This document shows positions 12,478 to 26,606 of a stretch of 64,000 nucleotides of DNA, one piece after another. Origin of the DNA: Octopus vulgaris (lineage: Eukaryota); the NCBI GenBank assembly GCA_951406725.2, contig OX597839.1:40238001-40302000 (forward strand). Reading direction: 5' to 3'. The first letter of the stretch is position 1. Each line of letters opens with the position of its first letter. A program made the position numbers and the translations under genes. The notes beneath the pieces are model-generated. The model saw nothing but the letters and a program-made list of their open reading frames with translations, did not search any database and was not told where the DNA came from.

Positions 12478-13250
12478 TCGTCACCATCATCATCATCATC
12501 ATCATCATCATTATCATCATCATCATCATCATCATCACCACTATCACCATCATCGTCACCGTCAGCGTCATCACCATCGTCATCGTCTTCATCATCTTCG
12601 TCATCGTCAACATCATCGTCGTCATCATCATCATCGTTTTCAACATCATCATTATCGCCGTCGTCGTCGTCATCATCATCTTCATCGTCATCATCATCGT
12701 CATCATCATCGTCATCATCATCATCATCATCATCGTCATCATCATCGTCATCATCATCATCCTCGCCGTGATCATTATCATCGTAATTCTCACCGTCATC
12801 ATCGTCGCTGACACCACCACCATCTCCACGAGCACCATTATCGCAATTAACATCTTCACCAACATCATCAACATCACCACCGTCATCATCATCACAATAA
12901 TCATCATCTTCAACATCATGATTATGATGATGATCATCATCATCATATTCCTCATCATCACAACCCGTAGCTTCGCTGGCATCATCTCCACTAGTACTAC
13001 CACTACCACCACCACCACCACCACCACCACAACCACCAACACCAACACCAACACCAACACCAACACCAACACCAGCACTACCACCACCACCACCACCACC
13101 ACCACCATGTTCATTATTGTCATCATCATCATCATTGTGGTTGTCGTCGTCGTCATCATCATCATCGTCGTCGTCATCATCATCATCATCATCATTATCA
13201 TCATCATTATCATCATCATCATCATCATTGTCATCATCATTATCATCCTC
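12478..13250. repeat. Degenerate (CAT)n/(CAC)n microsatellite
   Basis: Directly visible; source of the poly-D/poly-M ORFs. Confidence 0.92.
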
Positions 13251-13580
13251 ACAAGCAGCAACCTCAATAATATTAGCCACGATAACAACCTATAACAAAT
13301 ACACAACACGGAATTACTAAAGCGACAGAAGACAATTAACATTGTACAGAGACGATAGCAAACAAGAACAACAACAACAACAACAACAAGAACAACAGCA
13401 AAAATGAAAACAACAGCTGCAGCAACAACGACAACAAAGATAAAAACGGCAACGGGAATATAGCAACATTAACTAGAAAACAAAACAAATTATCCTAAAC
13501 AATAAACAATGGAGGATGACAATTAACATAGTAAACAGAGACTGAAACAATAACATAACAACAACAATATAAAGCGATAA

Positions 13581-13619
<39 letters not shown>

Positions 13620-13962
13620 ATATATGTATGCATGTATATGTTTATATATGTATATGTTTTTATAGGATGATGGCATAAACAAAAGACAAAAAAAAACAAA
13701 CAAAACAAAGTGAAATTAATAGGAATGATTAAAAAAAAATAAAATGGATACGAAGCGCAATCCACCTCTCCGGCGCTCCGCTCTCCTTCTCTCTAAATTT
13801 GTGTCTTTGAAAGCGTATATCTGTGTATGTGTGTATCTTAATGTTTCCTGCAAATAGAGCCTGGTTTCCTTTCTCTCAGCCTCCATCCTTCTAATTCTCT
13901 GTTTCCTATCAACTCAAGCTCTCCTTTTTTTGTTGAATAAATAAATAATTATATATATAAAC

Positions 13963-14009
<47 letters not shown>

Positions 14010-14010
<1 letters not shown>

Positions 14011-14171
14011 TTCGTTACATTCGTATTTTTCTTGTTAATCCTTTCTGTGGAAGAGCTTAGGTTCGAAACGTCAAAGACTTTTCCATTCTCTCCAAGCGTT
14101 AAACTAATACACCTGCTCTTGTTCCTTCATCTGTCTTCGTCTGTTTCTAATTTTTCTGTGAATTTGCACTA
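14010..14171 (+). mobile_element. TA-embedded cassette with atypical hammerhead-like motif (14041-14076); possible Penelope-like terminal remnant
   Basis: cttt-CTGTGGA-a-gagc-ttag-gttc-GAAA-cg-TC-aaag: stems I and II pair but the core deviates from CTGANGA; (TA)n on both sides. Confidence 0.4.
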
Positions 14172-14179
14172 AATATATG

Positions 14180-14323
<144 letters not shown>

Positions 14324-14678
14324 CTCTGTCTCTGTCTGTGTGCCCGTGTACTTCCGTAGCAATCACTTTTCTCTCAACTATTCGTCTTACTGTCTTCACT
14401 CTTTCTGTGTCATCTGTACACTCGCAAAGCCAGACGCACGCAGACCGACAAAGATTCTTGACAAAGAGACAATGAAACCATAAAACTATGAGGAATCACG
14501 AAAGAGAACGGAAACAGTATAGAATGGAACTACTTCCATTGCAGTCCAACACAGTTAGTCATAGAGCAACCAATTTGTAACAGGTTAGCATACAAAAAGA
14601 CCACACACACACACGTTTTTCATGTTTTTGTTTGCCCACTGAGTTGTATCTATCAATCTATCTATCTATCTATCTATG

Positions 14679-14747
<69 letters not shown>

Positions 14748-14855
14748 GTCTTTCTGTCTATCAATCTATATTTCTGTGTGTACATATATGTATATAATAC
14801 TCAGACACACACACACATAAATATATCTAAATGTATGTATATGTGCATATTCATA

Positions 14856-15419
14856 TCTATTATATAAAAGTCAATGTCTTTACGTGTGTTACTTATACAT
14901 TCGAAAACTACTGCACTGATCCTAATGAAATTTGGAACACAAATCCAAGCCTAGGGAGAAGGGTAATACTGTATGTTTCATACAATTTCATGAAACATAA
15001 CTACTGATCCTTATGGTATTTGGAACGTAGATTTACTGCATAATGGCGGGCATAATGCAATATGTTTGGTTTGAATTTGAGATGGCTTAAAGGGATAAAA
15101 CCCCCATGAAAATTCATAAATTTTCGATGTTGATGAAATTTCAACTATGGGTAATTGACACACATCAAGAAGTATTCTCAAAGTTTCCACTTCTCATGAG
15201 GATACTAAGACCCCCTAGTGGGGGCCTTAACTCCTAAATTAAAAAAAAAATTTTATGATCCAAAACTAGGTCAAAAGTACTGAATTGATGTTTATGTAAT
15301 TTGGAAATTATATTAACCATAAGATATTAGACACAAATGAGTTAGAAAGACTCCTTCATGGGGACTTAACACCCACAATTTACTCATTTTTCTTAAGCAA
15401 AGACGAATACAGTTGTACT
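14856..15419 (+). mobile_element. Decayed non-autonomous Helitron-like element
   Basis: 5' A|TCTATTATATAAAAGT resembles the 5' ends at 18174 and 51758; internal atgaaatttgga motifs; 3' end eroded. Confidence 0.5.
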
Positions 15420-15578
15420 ATTTTGTCCGTCTTCATGTTCTGAAATCAAAATCCGCCGGTGTTGCCTTTGCCTTTCATCCTTTAGGAGTCGATGAAATAA
15501 ACCAGCTGATCATAGGGGGTCGAAGCAATCGACGTCACCCTCCTCAAAAATTGCTGCCTTGTGTCAAAATTTGAAATC
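15420..15578 (+). mobile_element. SINE family C, 5'-truncated
   Basis: ctttgcctttcatcctttaggagtcgat body; aattgctgccttgtgtcaaaatttgaaa tail. Confidence 0.8.
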
Positions 15579-15699
15579 TATATTATTGCGATATGGTTGT
15601 CTGATGATTGACGGCGCAATTTCACAAAAGGAAACTGAATGTAAGTGTTGGTTGATTGAAGAAATGATATGAAATTTCCGAGAGCTCAACAGATAAATA

Positions 15700-15873
15700 T
15701 TGGTTTCAGAATTTGTCATGGTATACTAGGAGAGGGGTAGGCCGATTACATCGACCCCCAATGCTCAGCTGCTACTTATCTTATCGACCCCGGAATTATA
15801 AACAGTTAGGTCGACCTCGAAGGATTTGAACTCAGAACATAAACACAAACGAAATGCCTGTAAGCATTTTGTC
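15700..15873 (-). mobile_element. SINE family C, diverged
   Basis: cgattacatcgacccc...gtcgacctcg...tttgaactcagaac...cgaaatgcctgtaagcattttg. Confidence 0.8.
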
Positions 15874-15939
15874 AATACATACATATTCTCTTATCACGCT
15901 GAGACCGTTTCTTCTATGTGTTAATATTATTACATATAT

Positions 15940-16420
<481 letters not shown>

Positions 16421-16640
16421 CTTAGTTATGTATTTCTGGATACTTTAGCATTTGTGCGTTAAATGAGTATGCTTCAAGAGCAAAAATAATTAATATCTAC
16501 AATCTACAGAATAACAGTTTTGTTAATTTTTAATTGATGAAAAAAAATCTATATATTATATATATGTATATATATATATATATGCGTGTAATCATGTAAG
16601 CATCTATGAATAATATATATTATTATGTAAGGTCACGAAC

Positions 16641-16728
<88 letters not shown>

Positions 16729-17635
16729 GTTTATATATATGTTAACTACACACATAGACATATATGCGGACATATATTGGCAGTTTTTTGATTCAGCAAA
16801 TATAGGTCTGTATACATGAGTGTATATATAATATTAAATTTATACATCATATTAAATTAAAATCATGAATTACACTCATTAATTATTATTTAATTATACT
16901 TACGAACGCCTAGAAATACGCACAAAATCGGACACATGCTCATATCTAAAAGAATTAGTCACAAACTTACATGCTCACAATCACTCACATATACACACAT
17001 GTATATATATGTACATGATCATATGGATATACGTATAAAACATTCATGCATACTTACTTATATATATATATATATATATATATAGGCGCACATACATATA
17101 CATAGATACGCCGTGACATTTACTCAGAATTTCTGATGAATCAAGCTGCGGTAATTAATTATATCGAAGCAATTTGACTTATATATTCTCTCCGATATTA
17201 GAAAATAACTTCACCTTCTGTATGACTTCTAGTTTTTCTCTCATATCGACCATATCAAAATTCACAGTATTTCTACATATTTTTCTTTGGCTGATGGATA
17301 TAAGAGAAATGGAGATCGGTGGAATGAAGAAATAACAGCAGAGCGATGGATCAATTATTAATGTAAGAAGGTAATTAATTTGAAAATAAAAAATCATAAT
17401 ATTTTAGCTGAGAAAGTTAGGTTCAGAAATGTCAAGATGTGCGAAGAGTAAACGGTTACTCAAACAGACTGATGATGGATCTATACATACATACACACAT
17501 ATATACCTACATACATATACATACATACATGCATGCATGCTTACATACATACATATATGCATACATACATACATACACACACACACATACATACATACAT
17601 ACATACATACATACATACATACATACATACATACA

Positions 17636-17666
<31 letters not shown>

Positions 17667-17738
17667 GCATGTATTGTCCTTGTCTTCGGACACACACACA
17701 CATACAAACACACACACACACACATATATATTCGTATA

Positions 17739-17965
17739 TTCTTTTACTCCTTTGGGTCATTTGACAGCGGCCATGCTACAGCACCGCTTGAGAGGGTTTT
17801 TTGGTCGAAGAAATTTACCCCAGGACTCATTCTTTGTAAACCTAGTACTTATTCTATCGGTCCCTTTCGCCGAACCGCCAATATTACGGGGACATAAACA
17901 CACCAACATCGGTTATAAAGTGATGAGGAAACAAACGAAGACTCAAAGACATAAATACACACACT
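17739..17965 (-). mobile_element. SINE family A, 3' half
   Basis: gtcatttgacagcggccatgctacagcaccgc...ctagtacttattctatcggtc...gccgaaccgc. Confidence 0.82.
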
Positions 17966-18173
17966 CGCTACACACACATGCAGTCACATTGTTGTAGTGT
18001 CTCAATACACCATTCGCTATTTAGTGTTTAGCGCTACACCGGAGTTAATTTCCTGTGCTGATCTCGGTTCATTTACTTCCTCAGGCCTCCAGGAATAGCT
18101 GTGTCACAAGTCCATGAACTTAGCGTTCGCATTCTGATCCTTATCGGCAGCCCACAAAATTGCTAGTTCTTAA

Positions 18174-18463
18174 TCTCTCTATATAAAAGTGAAGTTGTGT
18201 GTCTGTCTCCTACGATTTAGATTCCTAACTACTCCCACATTTTGCGGTGCAGTTTAACCAAAATATATAGTCGTGATTCATATCAAACCCTTCTGGGTAT
18301 TAGCGCGCGTCTACGATGAGTCTACGATTTAAAAAAAAAATTACCATAATTTTTTCCCATTTTTAATGCATTTTTTGCTATTATATAAGGGAAGTAACTC
18401 TCTAAAAATGCTTATATTGTTATTTCCCTTACAAACCCGAGCAACGCCGGGCGATACTGCTAG
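18174..18463 (+). mobile_element. Non-autonomous Helitron, copy 1
   Basis: A|TC 5' end, subterminal hairpin cccg-agcaacgc-cggg, CTAG|T 3' end, no TSD; near-identical copy at 51758-52050. Confidence 0.9.
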
Positions 18464-19002
18464 TCTTAAATATAGAAACAATTACAGATACACTTCATCC
18501 GTTGTTTCAGAAATTAAAGTTTGATAGGCAAGCGGGATGATTTTTCGATAAGACAACGAGCCAATGAATGGGGGAACGGATGAAGGTGGTGGTTATGGCA
18601 ATGGTGTTGCTTCTGGTGAGGGTTGTGGCTATAGAGGTGGTGGTGGATGACCAGAGGGGACTGAAATATATATTAAAATGTCGATCTTTTGAAGTAAGCC
18701 CACAGTATCCCTCAGCCTGTTTACTCCAGAGACCTACTTCACCTACCACAATGCTCATTTATCGGTTTATCTCACTAAATCTCCGACCTCACTTTCCTTA
18801 TCTTTCCAACTCTACACCTCACCCTCCCTTTGTCTACCTGTCTGCATCTTTCTCCCTCTCTTTATCTTCATATATCTCTCCCTTTATACCCATTATCTCT
18901 CTCTTTCTATTTTGATACACACACACATACACATATATGCATCTATATCTACATAAATACACACACATATGCATGTACGTACACACAAACACACACACAC
19001 AC

Positions 19003-19088
<86 letters not shown>

Positions 19089-19450
19089 GTTTGTCTCTGC
19101 CTCTCTCTCTTTCTCTCCATTACTCTCTATCCCTTTCACCTACTGAACCTTCGCCCTCGCTTCATAATTTATAATTTTTCAATCGACTTGCGCGAAACCC
19201 CAAAGACATCTTCACACCTCCATCCTTCCCCTGACGCAACCGTTAGGCCGACCAAGATCCAACCACACCCAAACACTGAACCAAACCTCAAATTACTCCG
19301 CCCTGTTTATTTCTTTATTTAGCTTTATTCTATTCGTTTATTTATTCTTTTACACTTTAGATAATTGAATTGTTTAATTTTTACCTCACTGTTCCATTGT
19401 TCATATCTATATAAGTACCGATCCATGCATATATATATATATATATATAC

Positions 19451-19526
<76 letters not shown>

Positions 19527-19601
19527 TTAAATGTAAGTATATAAAAGAATAAATTATTTACACACACACATATATATGTGTATATATATATATATGTATA
19601 T

Positions 19602-19666
<65 letters not shown>

Positions 19667-19689
19667 GTATATATATACATATTGTATAT

Positions 19690-19783
<94 letters not shown>

Positions 19784-20032
19784 GTATATATATATGCATA
19801 TATATATGTATATAATCTTAATATATGCTTATATATGTCATCAGGGACTCATGTCTGGTGTCTGCGTTTATAAACTGCAGTAGATTATCCCGATTTGTCG
19901 AAAAAAAAAATTGCGATAAACAAAGGAACAATAACAAAACAAAACAAAAACAGTACTACCACCACCTCTACCCTAACACGACCACCAACACTACAACAAC
20001 AGCAGCAACAACAACATCAACTACTACTACTA

Positions 20033-20070
<38 letters not shown>

Positions 20071-20422
20071 TTATTTAGCAACAACAATACAAATGATAAT
20101 AAATGATGGCGTGTTTTAAACACTAACAATAATAATGGATCTGACCTGATTGATAAGCATTTTAATGTATCGATTACTGCTCCCTTAATGTACATTTATT
20201 AGCCATAATCACTAAAACGCACGCACCCACATACACACGCGCACATACAAAACAGGCACACACACACACGCAAACACACGCATCTACACACATATCTATA
20301 CCTCCATATAACCTACTTTGCCTTCGATTTTTCCACTCTGTCTTTTCGTGTTTTGTCAGTTGGATTCACCGCTTTTCACATATCCAGCATTTTCTTTCGG
20401 AATATATATATATATATTCAAT

Positions 20423-20502
<80 letters not shown>

Positions 20503-20504
20503 CA

Positions 20505-20563
20505 GCGGTGGTGCCCCAGCATGGCCGCGGCCTTCGGGCTAAAACATTTTTAAGGATTTAAGG

Positions 20564-20568
<5 letters not shown>
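20505..20568 (+). mobile_element. Short retroposon 3' end related to the family A tail
   Basis: gcggtggtgccccagcatggccgcggccttcgggctaaaac followed by (tttaagga)2; within (TA)n. Confidence 0.65.
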
Positions 20569-20603
<35 letters not shown>

Positions 20604-20796
20604 TCTTTATTTGTTTCAGGCATTTGACTTTGGCCATGCTGGAGCAGCGCCTTTAGTCGAGTAAATCGACCCCAAGACTTTTTCTTTGTAAACTTAGTAA
20701 TTATTCTATCGGTCTCGTTTGCCGAACCGCTGAGGGGACGTAAATGCACCACCCTCGGTTATCAAGCGACGTTGGGGGAAAAACACAGACAACCGA

Positions 20797-20840
<44 letters not shown>

Positions 20841-21000
20841 GACGGGTTTCTTCCTGTTTCCGTCTAACAAATCCACTCACAAGGCTTTGGTCGGTCCGAG
20901 GCTAAAATAGAAGACACTTGCCCAGGGTGCCACGCAGTTGGACCGAACCCGGAACCATGTGGTTGGTAAGCAAGCTACTTACCACGCAGCCACTCCTGCT
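20604..21000 (-). mobile_element. SINE family A, full length
   Basis: Reverse complement of the 10170-10591 architecture, including internal CA/TA tract. Confidence 0.9.
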
Positions 21001-21013
21001 TATATATAAATGC

Positions 21014-21054
<41 letters not shown>

Positions 21055-21056
<2 letters not shown>

Positions 21057-21271
21057 AGGGGGTGCTGAAAAGTTCCTGGTTTTGGATAAAAGAAAATGCA
21101 GGAGGGTCTGTTAATTATGATTTTATTCATCATTATTCCCCTCTCAGTTTCACATATTTATTGTCGTGGTCCTTCAGTCCTTCTAAGCCCTGTGAAAGAA
21201 TTCGGAAGTTTGGGCCTCCAACCAGGCCTTTCGTGACGCTCTTAAAGCCAGGAACCGTTCATCATGCCTCG
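21055..21271. mobile_element. Mariner-type MITE
   Basis: TA|tgagggggtgctgaaaagttcctggttt and inverted aaagccaggaaccgttcatcatgcctcg; CGAGGG-type mariner TIR. Confidence 0.75.
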
Positions 21272-21503
21272 GGAATAATAATTTTCTATATATGTTAGAT
21301 ATATTATTTTTGTGAAGGAAAGGAGGAAAGTAGCATCGAATTTTCGGTTTACTCTTCATCAGAAAATCTCGAAGTAGCAGACAAACGTCTACTTTAAAAA
21401 AGTGCATATATATCCGCTAAAATGTACTGTGCAATCCTTCATTTATATATTAAATGATTTTCACATAATTAGTATATGTTCCATACAACTGGTATATGTT
21501 GCT

Positions 21504-21539
21504 AAACACTGAAGATGTTCATTAGAAATTACTATGTTT
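21504..21539 (+). ncRNA. Minimal type I hammerhead-like motif in cassette ~21415-21806
   Basis: aaaca-CTGAAGA-tgttcatta-GAAA-ttac-TA-tgttt: 5-bp stem I and intact core, weak stem II, non-palindromic loop III. Confidence 0.5.
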
Positions 21540-21806
21540 TATGATAAGGGGTTATGTAATCCTGGCAGTTAATATACCAAAACGCGTGTATATTGTATAA
21601 AGCATAAATTACCCTATATATCTTCAATTTTATTTTACTAATATAACGGGGCTGATATTCTGCACTATAGATTATCCCATGTTCTGGTGCCCCACACCGT
21701 AGTGCACAGGGCATATGAGCGAAGTATAGGATACACTACAACGACCGGGGTTTGGTTACGTGTCATGACTCAGAGACTGATTATAATCTCTAACTCTCTC
21801 TATCTA

Positions 21807-21861
<55 letters not shown>

Positions 21862-22003
21862 AAAGTAAATAAATGGTACAACGAAGCACCGGTATTTACT
21901 GGAAAATAGCGAACGTAATAAATACGACGCTAATGTATAACTTCACTGCGTATGTACTAGTAAAGATGCGTGTGTGCAACAAAAATGAAAAAAATTGTCT
22001 TAC

Positions 22004-22018
22004 CTCTAGGAAGAACAT
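22004..22018 (-). other. Candidate 15-nt microexon (atgttcttcctagag)
   Basis: Reverse strand tttttcatttttcAG | ATGTTCTTCCTAGAG | GTAAGA; length divisible by 3; open in phase 0 (MFFLE) and phase 1 (xVLPRx); no partner exons identified. Confidence 0.3.
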
Positions 22019-22048
22019 CTGAAAAATGAAAAACCCAGATAACGGATA

Positions 22049-22121
22049 ATGCAGTACCGGTTTCGGATTTTTCAAAATACGAATGCCAAACGTATATTTG
22101 ATTTATCCTCATCAGCTGCAT
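22049..22121 (-). ncRNA. Type I hammerhead ribozyme with intact core, long stem II and palindromic minimal stem III; in TA-flanked cassette ~21860-22187
   Basis: Reverse strand atgcag-CTGATGA-ggat...tcaaatatacg-loop-cgtattttga...atcc-GAAA-ccgg-TA-ctgcat: perfect 6-bp stem I, G-C closing of stem II, GTA cleavage triplet. Confidence 0.85.
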
Positions 22122-22639
22122 AAACCTCAACAATATTTCAAATGTTGCCACATCTATGCCAGTACACTCGTCTGAACGCCAAAACGTATATGTATGTATA
22201 TATATATATATATATATACACACACTTATATGTCTGTGTACATACATATATATATATATGCTTATGTATATAGATATGCATACAATATATATCTAGAAAC
22301 ACACACACATATATACAGATATTTATAGTTATATTATTACATAAATAAATATATATATATATGAACGTATATATATATATATATATATATATCTGTAAAG
22401 ATGTGTGGGTGTGTGAGTAGGTACATATGAGTGTGTGTGTGTGTGTGTGTGTCTATTTGTATAATTTCTATCTAACTAGGACATTTGATACTTCTACGAA
22501 CAGAACTAAGCAGCCAAAGTAGAATCTCAACAACGTGTTGAAATCGAACTCAGGACAACTATTCTTGGGATAGATCTAATCCCCTACCACATCCCTTAAA
22601 AAATACCCGGCCTTGAACCTGTAATAGAAAGAATAATAA

Positions 22640-22841
22640 ATGTCGCGAGGTGGCACATTTGTTAGCGCTTTCGATAAAATATCGCCCCGCCTCTCTTTAT
22701 ATTCTAAGTTCAAATCTTGTTGAGTCGAACTTCACCATTTATTTCTTCGGGGTACAATAAAGTACCAGACTAATACTGGACTCAGCATAGCTGATTTAGC
22801 TCACCTCTTGAAATTCTTGGTTTCCAGCCAAAATTTCAACC
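22640..22841 (+). mobile_element. SINE family C, very diverged
   Basis: gaggtggcacatttgttagc head, aagttcaaat B-box, ttcggggtacaataaagtaccag, gccaaaatttcaacc tail. Confidence 0.6.
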
Positions 22842-22846
22842 CATTG

Positions 22847-22872
22847 CCACCACCACCACCACCACCACCACC

Positions 22873-22939
<67 letters not shown>

Positions 22940-22947
22940 CCATCATC

Positions 22948-23037
<90 letters not shown>

Positions 23038-23046
23038 TTCATCATT

Positions 23047-23088
<42 letters not shown>

Positions 23089-23107
23089 TTCTTCATCATC
23101 ATCATCA

Positions 23108-23142
<35 letters not shown>

Positions 23143-23149
23143 GTCATCG

Positions 23150-23217
<68 letters not shown>

Positions 23218-23272
23218 GTCGTCGTCGTCGTCGTCGTTGTCGTCGTCGTCATCATCATCATCATCATCATCA

Positions 23273-23303
<31 letters not shown>

Positions 23304-23308
23304 CGTCG

Positions 23309-23364
<56 letters not shown>

Positions 23365-23415
23365 TTCATCATCATCATCATCATCGTCATCATCGTCGCC
23401 GTCGTCATCGTCGTT

Positions 23416-23482
<67 letters not shown>
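22847..23482. repeat. (CAC)n-(CAT)n-(CGT)n microsatellite
   Basis: Directly visible. Confidence 0.96.
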
Positions 23483-23779
23483 CAGTAACACATCTCTTTT
23501 TTTTTCTAATTCATTATCATTGTTTTGATAGTATCAAATTATCGTGATATTGCTTCCATTTTTTCTCACATTCTTTACGTAGTTGCAATGTTGAAGAAAA
23601 GGTTGCGATCAATACCTGGCACCGATCCCAATCCAGAGACCCCTACAAACATCCATAAGTGCTTTGGGAGCAAGAAAGCCAACGAAGATACAAAAATCAT
23701 GATTTTTCTCAATTAATCTCCGACAAAAAAATGTACAACATAAAAAATATTGATATATACAATCATTTCGAAGCAATAC

Positions 23780-23862
<83 letters not shown>

Positions 23863-23987
23863 CCTGTCTGTCTGTCTCTCTGTCTGTCTGTCTGCCTGCC
23901 TGCATGTCTGTCTGTTTATCTGTGTGGCTGTCTGACTGCCTATCTCTCTGACTATCAATTTGGCTATGTGTATATCTATCAATCTAT

Positions 23988-24026
<39 letters not shown>

Positions 24027-24031
24027 CACAC

Positions 24032-24076
<45 letters not shown>

Positions 24077-24084
24077 CACACATA

Positions 24085-24121
<37 letters not shown>

Positions 24122-24199
24122 ATAACTATGTATGTACGTATGTTTATATGTATGCATATGTATGTATGTATGTATGTATAGATATGTAGATTAAGCATT

Positions 24200-24241
<42 letters not shown>

Positions 24242-24609
24242 TATATGTATACACATACACATATATGCTTAAATATATACATATACGTAACATATATACA
24301 CGGATATGCAAAATCATTTATAATATGTACAAGATTCATTTATGTTCAGGTTATATATCCGTACCATCGACCCTCACTGTATTTACATGTGTATATACAT
24401 GTTCACATGTATACATACATACATACATACATATATACATATACACTTACATATACTTACATACACTCACACGCACGCACACACTCACATATATGTATTA
24501 AGTATGTGCAGTTATACACGTACAAACGCAGACAGACTCGTGCACACTCACACATACATATTCAGTAGCTGGAAATACATTTTAAGGCAATAATCACAGC
24601 ACCATCAGG

Positions 24610-24670
<61 letters not shown>

Positions 24671-25043
24671 ACGCACATATATATGTATATATTCATACGT
24701 GTGTGTGTGTGTGTGCATGTGTGTGTGTGAACGCGTCTCCATTGTAGAAGAGGGAGAGAGAGAGAGAGTTTGAGTTAGAGGGAGATATGGCAAATATACA
24801 TACACATACCATAGACCTATATACAGACCCACACACACGCACACACATACATACATTTATATATATATATATGTGTGTGTGGGTGTGTGTGTGTGTGTGA
24901 TTACCCAATTGTTGGCAAGGTTAGAAACATATATGTGTGCATATTTGTGTATATTCTTACGTGAATGTGCGTATATATGTATATATACATACACATATAT
25001 ATGTAAATATATCACATTATATATGTATATGTATACATGCATG

Positions 25044-25088
<45 letters not shown>

Positions 25089-25095
25089 CATACAT

Positions 25096-25171
<76 letters not shown>

Positions 25172-25260
25172 TCATACATAGATATATCCTCTCAGACTTC
25201 TATACTCACATACTCTAAGATAAACACTTGTGTGACTTGTGGTCCATAATGGCTCTTCAG

Positions 25261-25333
<73 letters not shown>

Positions 25334-25709
25334 CACACACACATACACACATATATATATACATATATATAGCCACTTGACTTAGGCTAGTTAAGCCCTT
25401 TATCCCTGAAATCAACTGAAGATTCCGCCCCTGACTCGAGTACCAAATTCTTGCAATCAATCTGGATTATTTCCAAAACAGCTTCAGCGGAACCTCTGGT
25501 AATCCTTTGATAATTGAGAGTCCCCTTGATTACCATAATCTATGGAACTGTTTACGTATGTATGTATGCAGCTTTCTAGCCAACTCTTTATCTCACTATC
25601 TCTGAATGTATCTATCTTGCGTTCCATCTATTACCATGTCAGTCTACGTTTCCGAGTATATGTCTCTTTTTCTCTATCTCTCCCTGTATGTATGTATTCA
25701 TAGTACCTG

Positions 25710-25790
<81 letters not shown>

Positions 25791-25866
25791 TTATCTATCT
25801 ATCTCTCTATCTATTTATCTATCTATCTCTCTATCTATCTATTTATCTATCTATCTCTCTATCTAT

Positions 25867-25957
<91 letters not shown>

Positions 25958-25960
25958 ACT
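25710..25960. repeat. (TATC)n microsatellite
   Basis: Directly visible. Confidence 0.95.
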
Positions 25961-26432
25961 AACTATCTATTTATTTATCTAACTATCTGAGTGCCTCTCT
26001 GTCTACCTATTTGTCTGTGTTTGTGTGTATATATATATATACATAAAGATATATATATGTGTGTGTATGTGTGCATATATATGTGTGTGTGACTATCGCA
26101 GCAAATCATTCAATTACTGATTCATCTCTGTATAAGTATATACATATATATGGATGCATGCAATCTCACTCACCACTCTTCCTATTCTATATATATAAAA
26201 GAGTGAGAGGGAGAGAGAGAGATAAAGAAGGAGAAGAGAGAGACTTCTTGGTAGACGTAATGAGAATACTAAAAGAACGTAGCCTGGACGTAAGAGTTTG
26301 CATGAATGTTGAAACGTATTCAATGCAGCCATAACAGCAGACGATGGTTTGAGGTGATGTAAATTTGGATGTTCAGTTTGCGAGGGAAAGAGAATACAAG
26401 AGAGACGGAGAGTGAGAGACTCAGAAACTAAA

Positions 26433-26486
<54 letters not shown>

Positions 26487-26606
26487 TGAGTAAAACATAA
26501 TGAAATTGTGTATCAGAGATGCATCTATATTAGGGTTGTAAATAGGAAGAGCAGACTTTGGTATAGTTTCTCTTATATTCTTCTATAACAGTTCTATTAC
26601 TTGAGG

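Noticed and set aside
11100-13850. Possible minus-strand 3' UTR (T-rich strand bias, ttgcag acceptor at ~13849)
   Set aside because: Poor pyrimidine tract and no linked coding exon; the bias is explained by simple repeats.
15601-15640. CTGATGA hits at 15601, 17133, 17469 and 61088; minus-strand hits near 19836, 21356 and 29529
   Set aside because: No correctly placed GAAA and/or no stem I or II pairing.
25190-25555. Two TA-flanked islands containing CTGAAGA (minus ~25254, plus ~25416)
   Set aside because: No GAAA/NUH follows the putative stem II; they may be eroded relatives but are unsupported.
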